Origin: Thermoplasmatota archaeon
GTDB lineage: Archaea; Thermoplasmatota; E2; JACPAO01; JAHFTW01
DNA: 64,000 bases
Assembly: GCA_041601615.1 (NCBI GenBank)
Contig: JBFIHX010000011.1
Coordinates: 1 to 64,000, forward strand
Reading direction: 5' to 3'
Made by a program: the position numbers and the translations under genes. The stretch's first letter is position 1; the number at the start of each line of letters is the position of its first letter. Shown here in pieces: positions 46,721 through 55,554 of the stretch. Under the pieces are notes generated by a model. The model was given only the letters and a program-made list of their open reading frames with translations, had not been told where the DNA came from and made no database searches.

Positions 46721-46831
46721 TCAATTGATGGCTCATCGCACGGGTGGTGCCGGGCAAAGCCCGGTGCCGCCCAAAACGATCGACCCCTTTTGGGGTCGCA
46801 TAAGAAAGCCATCCACGCGGTCAATCGTTAG
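46687..46831. repeat. 34-bp direct duplication of the lpdA 3' end flanking two hairpins
   Basis: GCATAAGAAAGCCATCCACGCGGTCAATCGTTAG occurs at 46687-46720 and 46798-46831. Confidence 0.92.
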
Positions 46832-46933
46832 CGTCGGTAAACGTCCATTCCGAGTGGTCCCGGGCGGAGCTTGGTGCCACGCAAAATGAACGCCCTTTTC
46901 CTTCTCTTTTCCTGTTTTGAAGAATGTCTGGGC

Positions 46934-47326
46934 CTATGGCCTTGGCCGCTTCGGTTCCACGATTCGCATCAAGTGCGTGCCGACGACGAGCACGAGGGCG
47001 ATGGCCGCCGCGAGGGAGCCAATCTGGACGTACAGGAGCGCGGTCTCCAGATTCAGGGGCCACAGGGAGATGGTGCCGTTGCGAAGGCGAACGACGAATT
47101 GGACCACCAGGATCGCGTAGGCGAGCACGCTCGTGCCGAGGGCGACCATGAGCGCGGTGGTGGCGGCCCGGAAGTGGCCGAACGCCTCGCGGCGAAACAC
47201 ATTCATCATGGTTGCGGCGCGAATTCCGATGGCGGGTGGCAGCGCAATGATCAGGCTGGCTGCTGCCAAAGTACTGACGTCGCTCAACCCCAGTACTCCC
47301 ACGTTTTCAGTAGGCGCGGGTGCCAC
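46934..47326 (-). CDS. Stand-alone 3-TM FRREAFG-domain protein
   Basis: Homologous to the C-terminus of 20747-22096. Confidence 0.7.
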   Translation of the reverse strand: MAPAPTENVGVLGLSDVSTLAAASLIIALPPAIGIRAATMMNVFRREAFGHFRAATTALMVALGTSVLAYAILVVQFVVRLRNGTISLWPLNLETALLYVQIGSLAAAIALVLVVGTHLMRIVEPKRPRP

Positions 47327-47359
47327 ATAAACACTAGGGATGAATGGTGAACTTTGGGC

Positions 47360-49024
47360 TCAGCCTGCCCACAACCCGCCGCCCGAGACTCCGCGCGCGG
47401 CTCGGTCCATGACGTCGCCAAGGAACTGATCAATGCCCGGATCGTCGCCGCCGTCAAGGATGCCTTGCACGTCGCGCCATTTTTCGTCCAGGCGCTTCAT
47501 CATGGCGCTGTCGATGGTGTCTTGGGCTGTAAAGTACCACGCCTCGACCTTGTCTTTTTGGCCGATGCGGTGCAGGCGGCCCTCGCATTGTTCGTGCTTG
47601 GTGGGGGTCCAGTCTAGTTCGATGAACACCACGTGCCTTGCGTGTAGTTGCATGCCGTCGACGCCTTGGCCGCTGGCGTCCATGGTTGCGACGATGCCGT
47701 CGTAGCCGCCCATGCCGTCGATGAGCACTTGCCGCGTTTGTGTCGGTACGTTGCCCGTGATGATGGCGTGTTTTCCGGGGAGTGCGGCTGCGAGTTCGCG
47801 CACCACTTGTTTGTGGTAGGCAAAGTAGACGGCTCGTTCTTTGTCAAGACCCTTGGCCCACTCGACCACGGCGGGGATTTTGGCCAGTGCCGACTCGCGG
47901 CGCAGGCGCCCAAGCTGGGCCATGCCTGCGAGCCTCACGTCGGCGCCCCAGCCGTCTGGGTGTTCCTTTTGTTGTCGGCGGACCCAGTCTACGAAGCTTT
48001 CCTCCTCGCGTCGGTAGCCGTCGGCGCCTTCAAGCGTCACGTCGCGGCGGGTGCGGTGGAAGTCGGGCAGTTCGTCGGTGACTTGGTCCTTGGTGCGGCG
48101 CAGAAAACAGGTGTCGCGCAGGCGGTTGTGCAGTTCACGCCGAGGCAAGCTTTCGAGGGCGCGCATGGCGTGGTCGTGGCGCAGGGGCCCGTGCGCGGGG
48201 GTCCAGTAGTGCGGCAGGACGCCTTTGTAGATGTGCAGGACGTCTTCCAGTTGTCCGATGAGGCGCAGTTGTTGGATGAGGTCGGGGCGTCGATTGGGAA
48301 TCGGCGTGCCGCTGAGTGCGAATCGTACGGGCACGGATTCGATGAGGTCGCCTACGAGGCCGGTGCGCTGCGCCTTTGGGTTCTTGAAAACGTGCGCTTC
48401 GTCCATGACGACGGCTTGGGGTTCGACGAGGACCAGTTGTTCGATGAGTGAGTACAGCAATTCGGCGTTGAGGACGATGATGTCGGCGTCTTCCACGAGG
48501 TCGCGTCCTTTCTGGAGCACTTGCACGCTGCGCCAGGGCATCCATTTGAGAATCTCTGCTTTCCAGCTCAACTTTACGCTGGCGGGGCAGACGACCACGG
48601 CGGGAAACGCTCGTAGTCGCTCCAAGGCGAGAAGTGCTTGCAGGGTCTTTCCTAGGCCCATGCCGTCGCCTAGGAATGCCCGTTTTTTGTCCACCAAAAA
48701 GTCGACGCCTTGGCGCTGGTAGGGGCGCAGGTGTTGTTCCAATTCTCGCACGCGGCGGGCGGGGCTGCGCAAGGCGTCCGCGTCCAGCAGGGACTCAAGG
48801 CGGTCCTCGGCTTCCTCGTCGAGGTTCAAGTGGTGGCCTTCGTGCAAGTAGCGCACGGAGCGGGCGCCATCTTCGTCGTCGGCAAGCCACCAGAGCCGTT
48901 CGCCTGGATCCCACAGGGGCAATTCGAGGCGGCGGTCCTTGAGAGCGTCGCGCCAGGCGTCCGGCAGGCGTCCCGGCAATTCGAAGCGGTCGTTGTGGAA
49001 TGTGATGGAGTCCATCACTGCCAC
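47360..49024 (-). CDS. SNF2-family helicase/ATPase
   Basis: LRPYQ, DGMGLGKT, DEAH, LSGTP and QCEGRLHRIGQ motifs. Confidence 0.92.
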   Translation of the reverse strand: MAVMDSITFHNDRFELPGRLPDAWRDALKDRRLELPLWDPGERLWWLADDEDGARSVRYLHEGHHLNLDEEAEDRLESLLDADALRSPARRVRELEQHLRPYQRQGVDFLVDKKRAFLGDGMGLGKTLQALLALERLRAFPAVVVCPASVKLSWKAEILKWMPWRSVQVLQKGRDLVEDADIIVLNAELLYSLIEQLVLVEPQAVVMDEAHVFKNPKAQRTGLVGDLIESVPVRFALSGTPIPNRRPDLIQQLRLIGQLEDVLHIYKGVLPHYWTPAHGPLRHDHAMRALESLPRRELHNRLRDTCFLRRTKDQVTDELPDFHRTRRDVTLEGADGYRREEESFVDWVRRQQKEHPDGWGADVRLAGMAQLGRLRRESALAKIPAVVEWAKGLDKERAVYFAYHKQVVRELAAALPGKHAIITGNVPTQTRQVLIDGMGGYDGIVATMDASGQGVDGMQLHARHVVFIELDWTPTKHEQCEGRLHRIGQKDKVEAWYFTAQDTIDSAMMKRLDEKWRDVQGILDGGDDPGIDQFLGDVMDRAARGVSGGGLWAG

Positions 49025-49127
49025 TGTTTCCGCTCCATGTCTCGTGCGACGAGGGCAGGGAACAAAAAGGAGTGCAAGGGAGAGGGCCGGACGCGGAGGT
49101 CTGGATGGGTCGTGCGAGGCTTGGGGC

Positions 49128-49535
49128 TCAAGCGAGGTTCGTGCAGTAGTGGTCGGCGATCCATATGTCTAGGACGTAGACGGAGCCGTAGCAGGTGTTG
49201 CCGCAGTGGCCGGTGAAGGTTCCGCGTAGGGAGACGCCGTCGCAACCGCCGAACAGATTGGCACTGGAGTCGGCGGAGGAGGTGCTGGCGTGGCTTTCGG
49301 TGCTGGCGACGTTACAGTCCGGGTTGCAGAAGATCGGCCCGGGGCAAATGTGGTCTGCCCAGCGGTTGCCGTTGAGGTACACGGTGCCGTTGCAGGTGTC
49401 GCCGCAGTGGCCGGTGAAATTGCTGGACACGACCACGCCATCGCAACCGCCGGTAAGGGCGGAGGCGCTGGGTACGACAAGTGTGGAGAGGGAGGCGGTC
49501 AGGAGCAGGGTGGTAAGCAGAGGCACAACGCGCAT
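49128..49535 (-). CDS. Small secreted Cys-rich protein with two internal repeats
   Basis: Signal peptide; GGCDGV...FTGHCG.TC.G.VY......ADH.C occurs twice. Confidence 0.78.
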   Translation of the reverse strand: MRVVPLLTTLLLTASLSTLVVPSASALTGGCDGVVVSSNFTGHCGDTCNGTVYLNGNRWADHICPGPIFCNPDCNVASTESHASTSSADSSANLFGGCDGVSLRGTFTGHCGNTCYGSVYVLDIWIADHYCTNLA

Positions 49536-49601
49536 AGTGCTTGCAAGGGGAACCACGATTCTTGAGCGTCACTCGGGATGAACAGGAAGCCCTGGGTGGG
49601 T

Positions 49602-50831
49602 TCAAGTGATGATGTCTTCGGACTCTTTGCCGGTGTACCAGGAGCCGTGGTAGTCGCGGTCTCGTGCCTCAAATGCCTGTTTGGTCATTTTCAAGGGGCG
49701 GTAGGTGTCGATCATGACGGCCATTTCGTCGGTGCGGTCGTGGCCCATGCTGGCTTCGTAGCGGCCGGGCTGCGGCGCGTGCGCGATGCCCATGGGGTGC
49801 AGGGACAGGCTGCCGGGGCCGACTCCTTTGCGGCTTGTGAAGTTGCCTTCGACGTACCAGAGCACCTCGTCGCAGTCGACGCTGCTGTGGGGGTAGGGGC
49901 AGGGGATGGCGTCCGGGTGGTAGTCGACTTTGCGCGGTACGAAGCTGCATACGACGTAGGCGCCGCCTTGGCCAAGGAATGTGGTGTGGATGGGGGGCGG
50001 GAGGTGGACGGTGCTGGTTTTGGGTTGGTAGTCGTGGATGTTGAAGGCCACGGGGTACACGGCGCCGTCGAATCCCACGGCATCGAAGGGGTGGTGGGGC
50101 AGGACGCGCACGCGGTGCTGGTCTTTGCGTTTGTGCAGGACGCGCACGAATCCGTCGGCGCCCACGTCGCCGTCCAAGGGCGTGCTGAGCGCTTCGGGTC
50201 GCCGGAAATCGCGCACGGAGTAGGGCGCGTCCATTTTCAGTTGCCCCACGGGATTCATAAAGTTGGAGGGGACTTGGAGGGTTGCGCGGCATTCGTTGAC
50301 CATGACGTACACGGGGCCGGTGTCGAAGCGGACGCGCCAGACGATGCCCTTGGGAACCCAGACGTAGTCGTGGCGGCGGAACGGGAGCTGGCCGAGTTCC
50401 GAGTCGAGGATGCCGCTTCCTTCGTGGACAAACAGCAGAACGTCGCCGTCGCCGTTTTGGAACAAGCCAGAATCAGGTTCTGTGGGTTCAGCGGTGCCAA
50501 TCCAAACGTCGTCGTTGCCCATCAGGACACGGTGGCTTTGCCAGAGCGAGCCGGGGCCTGCAAGGCCGCCGCCGGGGACGTGGGTGCGTTCCATGGAGTC
50601 GCCTGCGGGGTCCATCCAGGCTACGGGTGCGATGCCTTCGGCGGGTTCGATGCGCGCTTCCTGGCCGGGGTTGTTTTCGCGGTATAGGATGCTGTAGGCG
50701 CCGTCGAAGCCGCCCCGCGTGTGGCAGTGCTCGTAGTAGACTGGGCAGCCGTCCTTGCCGGGGCCGTCCGGGCGGCGAAGCGCGATGTGGTGCTTGGCGG
50801 GCACGGATCCGAGGCGGTGGTAGGCGATCAT
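49602..50831 (-). CDS. hmgA: Homogentisate 1,2-dioxygenase
   Basis: NGDGD, HHPFDAVG.DG, HLPPPIH, PYPHS.VDCDE and LHP.GIAH.P motifs. Confidence 0.92.
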   Translation of the reverse strand: MIAYHRLGSVPAKHHIALRRPDGPGKDGCPVYYEHCHTRGGFDGAYSILYRENNPGQEARIEPAEGIAPVAWMDPAGDSMERTHVPGGGLAGPGSLWQSHRVLMGNDDVWIGTAEPTEPDSGLFQNGDGDVLLFVHEGSGILDSELGQLPFRRHDYVWVPKGIVWRVRFDTGPVYVMVNECRATLQVPSNFMNPVGQLKMDAPYSVRDFRRPEALSTPLDGDVGADGFVRVLHKRKDQHRVRVLPHHPFDAVGFDGAVYPVAFNIHDYQPKTSTVHLPPPIHTTFLGQGGAYVVCSFVPRKVDYHPDAIPCPYPHSSVDCDEVLWYVEGNFTSRKGVGPGSLSLHPMGIAHAPQPGRYEASMGHDRTDEMAVMIDTYRPLKMTKQAFEARDRDYHGSWYTGKESEDIIT

Positions 50832-51136
50832 GGGTGTGGGTGGGCAGGAGGCGACGCTCCGCATAGCCGTTGCCAAGCAAGGTACAGTCCCTCACACCAC
50901 CTATTGAACACATGTGATCAATGATGTCGGGGCGTGGTGGGTTCGTGGCACTTGGCCGCAGATGCAGCCCAGGCGCCGAGCAAGCAACACGCCAAGCCCG
51001 AAGCGCGACAGGTCCTGGTGCGCCGCCCCCCCATCCAGACGACGCCACAGGGCATCACCTGGCCCCATGAACGCCCCCAAAAGCCCCATTACCCCCGGCA
51101 GTGAAGTTCAAGAAGAGCGCCCTTCAGATGAACATC

Positions 51137-52519
51137 ATGGCTGCGCCGTCCACCCAGAGTGCAGCAGGCATGGACCAGAAGAGCCTGTTGCGCGGATCTC
51201 CCGATGCTTTGCTGATCGTGGAAGGGACGCGGGTCCTGGAGGCCAACGACCGTGCCCTTGCGCTTTTTTCTGGTGCACCAGGGCCCCTCGTGGGATTGAC
51301 CTTGGAGGCGTTGTTTCCGGGCGGACTTGCTCTAGAGGAGGATTGTCCATACAGCGTGGTGCCGGCGCTGGACCAAGGTGGCAAGGCGACCCGTTCTGTC
51401 GAGGTCTGCACGCGAGAGCTCGTGGAAGGCCCACGGCGACTCTTGGTTGTGAGTGCCCGGGATGCTTCGACCCGTGTCGGCGATCTTGGCAATCTGGAGC
51501 GCATGGAGAAGCGGTTCAACGAAGCACAGAAAGTGGCGCACATCGGCAGCTGGTCCTGGGACATCCCCGAAGACAAGGTGACCTGGACGGACGAGTTGTA
51601 TCGACTCTATGGGCTGGAGCCGCAGAGCGAGTATATTGACTACCAACGATATCTGCAACTGATCCATCCGGAAGACCGCGAGGCCGCAGATGGCGTGGTG
51701 CAGGAGGCGTTCAAATCTCTCTCCACATTTGATTTTCAACACCGGCTGATGATGTCGAATGGAGGGACCCGGTGGCTGCGGGGCAGGGGCGAGGTCTTCA
51801 CCGACGGCTCGGGTGCCCCGGTGCGGATGGTGGGCACGGCCCAGGACATCACGGAGCAGAAGGCAGCAGAGAAGATCGTCGAAGACGCGCTCCACGAGAA
51901 GGAGGTGCTCCTCAAGGAGGTCCATCATCGCGTCAAGAACAACCTGCAGATCGTCTCCAGCCTCCTTCGCATCCAGGGACGAAAAACAGGTGACGAGGCA
52001 TCCCAGGTTGTGCTGGCCCAGAGCCGCAGCCGCATCCGTTCCATGGCCTTGGTGCACGAGAAGCTGTACAGATCCCGCGATTTTGCCAGCTTGGACGCAT
52101 CGGAATACTTGGGCGACCTGCTTGCGGAACTGCGCCTCAGCCTATCCGTGCCGCACGGGATCAAGGTAGAACTGGCCGTACAGCCATTCCGTCTGGACCT
52201 GGATCGCGCCATCACTTTTGGCCTCCTCACCAACGAACTGGTCACCAACGCATTCAAGCATGCGTTTACCCAGCCGAGCGGCCATGTGATTGTGCGGGGC
52301 GGGCTTGACCCGACCGGCGCGACGTTCCTGGAGGTCGAAGACGACGGCGTCGGTTTGCCCGAGCCCTTCGACCCTACAGAGGCAGAGACCCTCGGGATGC
52401 GACTCGTCCACACGCTTGTCGACCAATTGGGCGGTTCCCTCTCCTGGGGCCCAGGCCAAAGCGGGACGAGCAAAGACCGCAAGGGATCCAGGTTCCTGAT
52501 CCGGGTGGAGCAACAATGA
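51137..52519 (+). CDS. PAS sensor histidine kinase (HisKA_2 type)
   Basis: AHIGSWSWD PAS_3 region; EVHHRVKNNLQ, ELVTNAFKHAF, DDGVG and TLGMRLV motifs. Confidence 0.92.
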   Translation: MAAPSTQSAAGMDQKSLLRGSPDALLIVEGTRVLEANDRALALFSGAPGPLVGLTLEALFPGGLALEEDCPYSVVPALDQGGKATRSVEVCTRELVEGPRRLLVVSARDASTRVGDLGNLERMEKRFNEAQKVAHIGSWSWDIPEDKVTWTDELYRLYGLEPQSEYIDYQRYLQLIHPEDREAADGVVQEAFKSLSTFDFQHRLMMSNGGTRWLRGRGEVFTDGSGAPVRMVGTAQDITEQKAAEKIVEDALHEKEVLLKEVHHRVKNNLQIVSSLLRIQGRKTGDEASQVVLAQSRSRIRSMALVHEKLYRSRDFASLDASEYLGDLLAELRLSLSVPHGIKVELAVQPFRLDLDRAITFGLLTNELVTNAFKHAFTQPSGHVIVRGGLDPTGATFLEVEDDGVGLPEPFDPTEAETLGMRLVHTLVDQLGGSLSWGPGQSGTSKDRKGSRFLIRVEQQ

Positions 52520-53274
52520 GTTCCCGGATTATGATCGTGGAGGACGAGGGGATCATTGCCACGGACCTAGCAGAGAGTCTCACTGAACAAGGCTACGAGG
52601 TCGTTGGCACATGCCGCACGGGAGAGGATGCCGTGGACCAGGTCATGAGATTGGCCCCGGACTTGATCCTGATGGACATCCACCTGGGGGGCCCCATGGA
52701 TGGAACCGAGGCGGCCCGCATCATCCGCGACAAGGCGGACGCGGCCATCGTCTATCTTACTGCCTACGCCGACCCGGAGACGTTTGAGTCTGCCCAGGAT
52801 GCAGCGCCCTACGGCTACCTTGTCAAACCCTACGAGGACCAGAACCTGCGCACCACCGTTGAGACGGCGTTGCGACGGCGCAACGAAGCACGCCGCAGCA
52901 GACGCATGTCCACCATCCAAACCACTGCACTCGACCACCTTCACGAGGGAATCGTGATCGTGCTGGAGGACGGCACCGTAGAACAGTCGAACCAGGTAGC
53001 CCGAGACCTGCTGGGGCAGGATCTGGAGGCGCTTGGAGCGCTTCTTTCCTCGGCAAACAAGACCGTGGGCCCGTCCATTGGACCCTGGCAGACCCTGGCC
53101 TCCGGATCACCGCACCCGTCGAGGGCACCGGGTGGCCCATGCATGGTGTCTGCGACCCGCATCGACGAGGCATGGGTGTTGATCCTGACCCCCGGGACGG
53201 ATGCACGGGAACATGGCAGGCGGGTGCAGACCGTGAAGGCGAGCATTCGGGTACGCGCCAGTCAGTTGATCTGA
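52516..53274 (+). CDS. Response regulator (REC plus degenerate PAS, no DNA-binding domain)
   Basis: IVEDE, LMDI, YLTAY and YLVKP motifs; ATGA overlap with the kinase gene. Confidence 0.88.
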   Translation: MSSRIMIVEDEGIIATDLAESLTEQGYEVVGTCRTGEDAVDQVMRLAPDLILMDIHLGGPMDGTEAARIIRDKADAAIVYLTAYADPETFESAQDAAPYGYLVKPYEDQNLRTTVETALRRRNEARRSRRMSTIQTTALDHLHEGIVIVLEDGTVEQSNQVARDLLGQDLEALGALLSSANKTVGPSIGPWQTLASGSPHPSRAPGGPCMVSATRIDEAWVLILTPGTDAREHGRRVQTVKASIRVRASQLI

Positions 53275-53279
53275 CTCGA

Positions 53280-53978
53280 CTACGCGAGGACCGCCTCAAG
53301 CCGGCACAGCACCGCGCCGTTGTGCACCAGGGCCGAGCGGACGCTTCCGGTGGTTGCGGCGGCGGGCGCTGACAGGCACACCAGATCTCCGGCGCGAAGA
53401 GGCTGGGCGGCGTGGGCCGCGGTGAGAGCTGCGTGCCAGTCCATGAGGGCTTTTGCGGGTTTGATGCGCGACAAGTCGTCTACGAAGGCCGAGAATGCGA
53501 GGCTGCGCACGTCGGAGATTTCGTCCCAGTCGCAGAGCCAGGGGCCAAGGGCAACGTGGTCGGCGACGGCGTGGAATGTGGTCCAGCCGGCAAGCAGCGG
53601 CATCCAGTCTTCGGGGACTTTGGCGGCGTTCAGGTCTTCGCCGACGACGGCTGCCACACCCGTGAACCAGTCGCCGCCAGGAAGGCCGCCGCCGGGGTGG
53701 ACGACGTGGGCGGGCCGCAGGTCGCCGCTGGCGCCGCCAGCAAGCCAGACGCGCATGGGCTCCAGGGGGGCCAGGAGGCGCGCATTTTCAATGCGGCGCA
53801 GGAACTGTTGCGGCGGTCGTCCGCGAACGAGGCGCTCGAGTCGAGCCCGGAGCGCTTGGTCCGTGGCGGCTTCCAGGACCGTGTGCTCGCCGTCGGCGGC
53901 GCGAAGGTCGAGAACGTACTCGTCGTATAGGACGCAGGGCCGGGCAGTGCCGGCGTCGTCGAAGCGGGAGATGCGCAT
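53280..53978 (-). CDS. Degenerate fumarylacetoacetate-hydrolase-family protein
   Basis: RLLAP, LGPWL..DEI and LRAGDLV scaffold; catalytic acidic residues absent. Confidence 0.6.
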   Translation of the reverse strand: MRISRFDDAGTARPCVLYDEYVLDLRAADGEHTVLEAATDQALRARLERLVRGRPPQQFLRRIENARLLAPLEPMRVWLAGGASGDLRPAHVVHPGGGLPGGDWFTGVAAVVGEDLNAAKVPEDWMPLLAGWTTFHAVADHVALGPWLCDWDEISDVRSLAFSAFVDDLSRIKPAKALMDWHAALTAAHAAQPLRAGDLVCLSAPAAATTGSVRSALVHNGAVLCRLEAVLA

Positions 53979-54040
53979 CGCTGAAGCGCGGGGAGGTGGC
54001 CGCGTGCATAACGGTGACGACCGGGCCGTAACCTCAATAT

Positions 54041-54055
54041 ACACGTGTGTACACA
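54041..54055. promoter_or_regulatory. Overlapping palindromes ACACGTGT and TGTGTACACA, likely vapB operator
   Basis: Immediately upstream of antitoxin ATG 54064. Confidence 0.55.
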
Positions 54056-54063
54056 TTGCAACT

Positions 54064-54297
54064 ATGGCTTCCAAGACCCTCAACGTCAGTGTCCAGGCCT
54101 ATGCGGTCGCCGAAGCTCACAAGCGTCCTGGAGAGTCGTTTAGTGAACTTTTGCTCCGGTCGTTTCGGCCTACGAGCCTCTTGGACCTTGCGGGCATCTT
54201 GACTGCGGCCCAGGCGGACGAATTGGAGGCGGCAGTCAAGGACGGTCGCGCCCAGAGCCGTGCTCGTGAGGACAAGCAATCGGAGCACTGGGCGTGA
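54064..54297 (+). CDS. vapB: Archaeal VapB antitoxin (DUF217-like)
   Basis: KTLNVS..AY....KRPGESFSE motif; GTGA overlap with the PIN gene. Confidence 0.85.
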   Translation: MASKTLNVSVQAYAVAEAHKRPGESFSELLLRSFRPTSLLDLAGILTAAQADELEAAVKDGRAQSRAREDKQSEHWA

Positions 54298-54689
54298 CCC
54301 TCGCCGACACCTGTTTTCTCATCGATGTCATGCGTGGGGACCAGGGTGCCATCGATCTTCTGCATCAGTGGGATGAGGAGGGCTGGATCATGCACACGAG
54401 CATCGTGAGCGTCTTTGAGTTGCACCGAGGGGCCGCCATGGTGGACTGGCCTCCCAAGCAACTAGAGAAGATCCGCCAAGCGCTTGCTGGTATGCCGACC
54501 CTGGGCCTGGATTCGGAGGCTGCGGCGATTGGGGGGCAACTGGCTGGGCAATTGAACCGACTGGGGCAACGCATTGATCCTGAGGACTGTATGATTGCCG
54601 GTGTGGCGATTCGCAACGCGAAGGCGGTCGTGACGCGCAACGAGAAACACTTTGGCAGGATTGTGGGCGTGCGGGTGCAGCAATACTAG
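54294..54689 (+). CDS. vapC: PIN-domain toxin VapC
   Basis: DTCFLID, FEL, DCMIAG and TRNEKHF motifs. Confidence 0.9.
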   Translation: MTLADTCFLIDVMRGDQGAIDLLHQWDEEGWIMHTSIVSVFELHRGAAMVDWPPKQLEKIRQALAGMPTLGLDSEAAAIGGQLAGQLNRLGQRIDPEDCMIAGVAIRNAKAVVTRNEKHFGRIVGVRVQQY

Positions 54690-54703
54690 GGGCGCCAGAC
54701 CGC

Positions 54704-55516
54704 TCAGTCATTCCAAATATCGATGCCGTACACGGCGCCCCGGGGGCAGGAGGTTTCCCGGTATCCGTCCTTGCCTACAAGTCGCACGGCTTTGGTGGAT
54801 TGGGGTTCAACGTAGGTTTTGACGAGGTCCATGCAGACAATGTTCCAGTCCCCATCGAGGCCGTAGTACGAGAGGGCAAATTCACGGGTCTGGTACGCCT
54901 GGTTGCTCAGATTCAAGGCAAGGTCGCTGCGGCTGCCGTAGTCGAAGGTGTACGCGATGTTCTTCGCGAATTTTGGCTCGCTGTAGACGCCTGCGGGACT
55001 GACGCTCCAGGAGAGGCTGTGTACGTAGGGTGCTTCGATTTCGCTGATGTCGTCGATGACGATGCTGAAGGGCATGATTTGCCCCTTGCGCAAAAATTCG
55101 TGGCAGTCGCCGAATCGGTCGGCAACGGGACCGACGCAGAAGGATTGGTCGTTGCCAAGCTCCGTGCCGTCGGGTGCATACGCGGTGGCTTCGATGGAAA
55201 ACAGCCGCCCGACGCCCGTGCCGTGGTAGGATATGAGGCCAAGGATGCTGAAACCTAGCCCCGTTTGCCCGGTCTTCATCCATTGGGTGTGGATGCGGTA
55301 GTCGCCAACTAGGAGGCCCTGTTCGGCGATGGTTTCGTTGATGAAGGGCACGCCGATGCAGTAGTCGTCGCACGAGAGGTCGCCAAGGAGGAATCCATCG
55401 GGGTAGTCGGGCTTCGCGCCTGTTCCGGGATTGTCGTCGGTTGGTGGTTCGAGGCAGCCTGCAAGACTCGCAAGCAGCGCACTCAGGGCAAGAAAAACGG
55501 GAGCCACTTGCCTCAT
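54704..55516 (-). CDS. Lipoprotein with FxLYD-like Ig domains
   Basis: Lipobox LAGC; ATAYAPDG and SYYGLDGD strands. Confidence 0.65.
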   Translation of the reverse strand: MRQVAPVFLALSALLASLAGCLEPPTDDNPGTGAKPDYPDGFLLGDLSCDDYCIGVPFINETIAEQGLLVGDYRIHTQWMKTGQTGLGFSILGLISYHGTGVGRLFSIEATAYAPDGTELGNDQSFCVGPVADRFGDCHEFLRKGQIMPFSIVIDDISEIEAPYVHSLSWSVSPAGVYSEPKFAKNIAYTFDYGSRSDLALNLSNQAYQTREFALSYYGLDGDWNIVCMDLVKTYVEPQSTKAVRLVGKDGYRETSCPRGAVYGIDIWND

Positions 55517-55554
55517 GCATGTCCTTTTGGGCCGCAGGTGGCCGTGGAGCTTCA

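Noticed and set aside
47360-49024. SNF2 helicase as part of a defence system
   Set aside because: No methylase, nuclease or other defence partner is adjacent.
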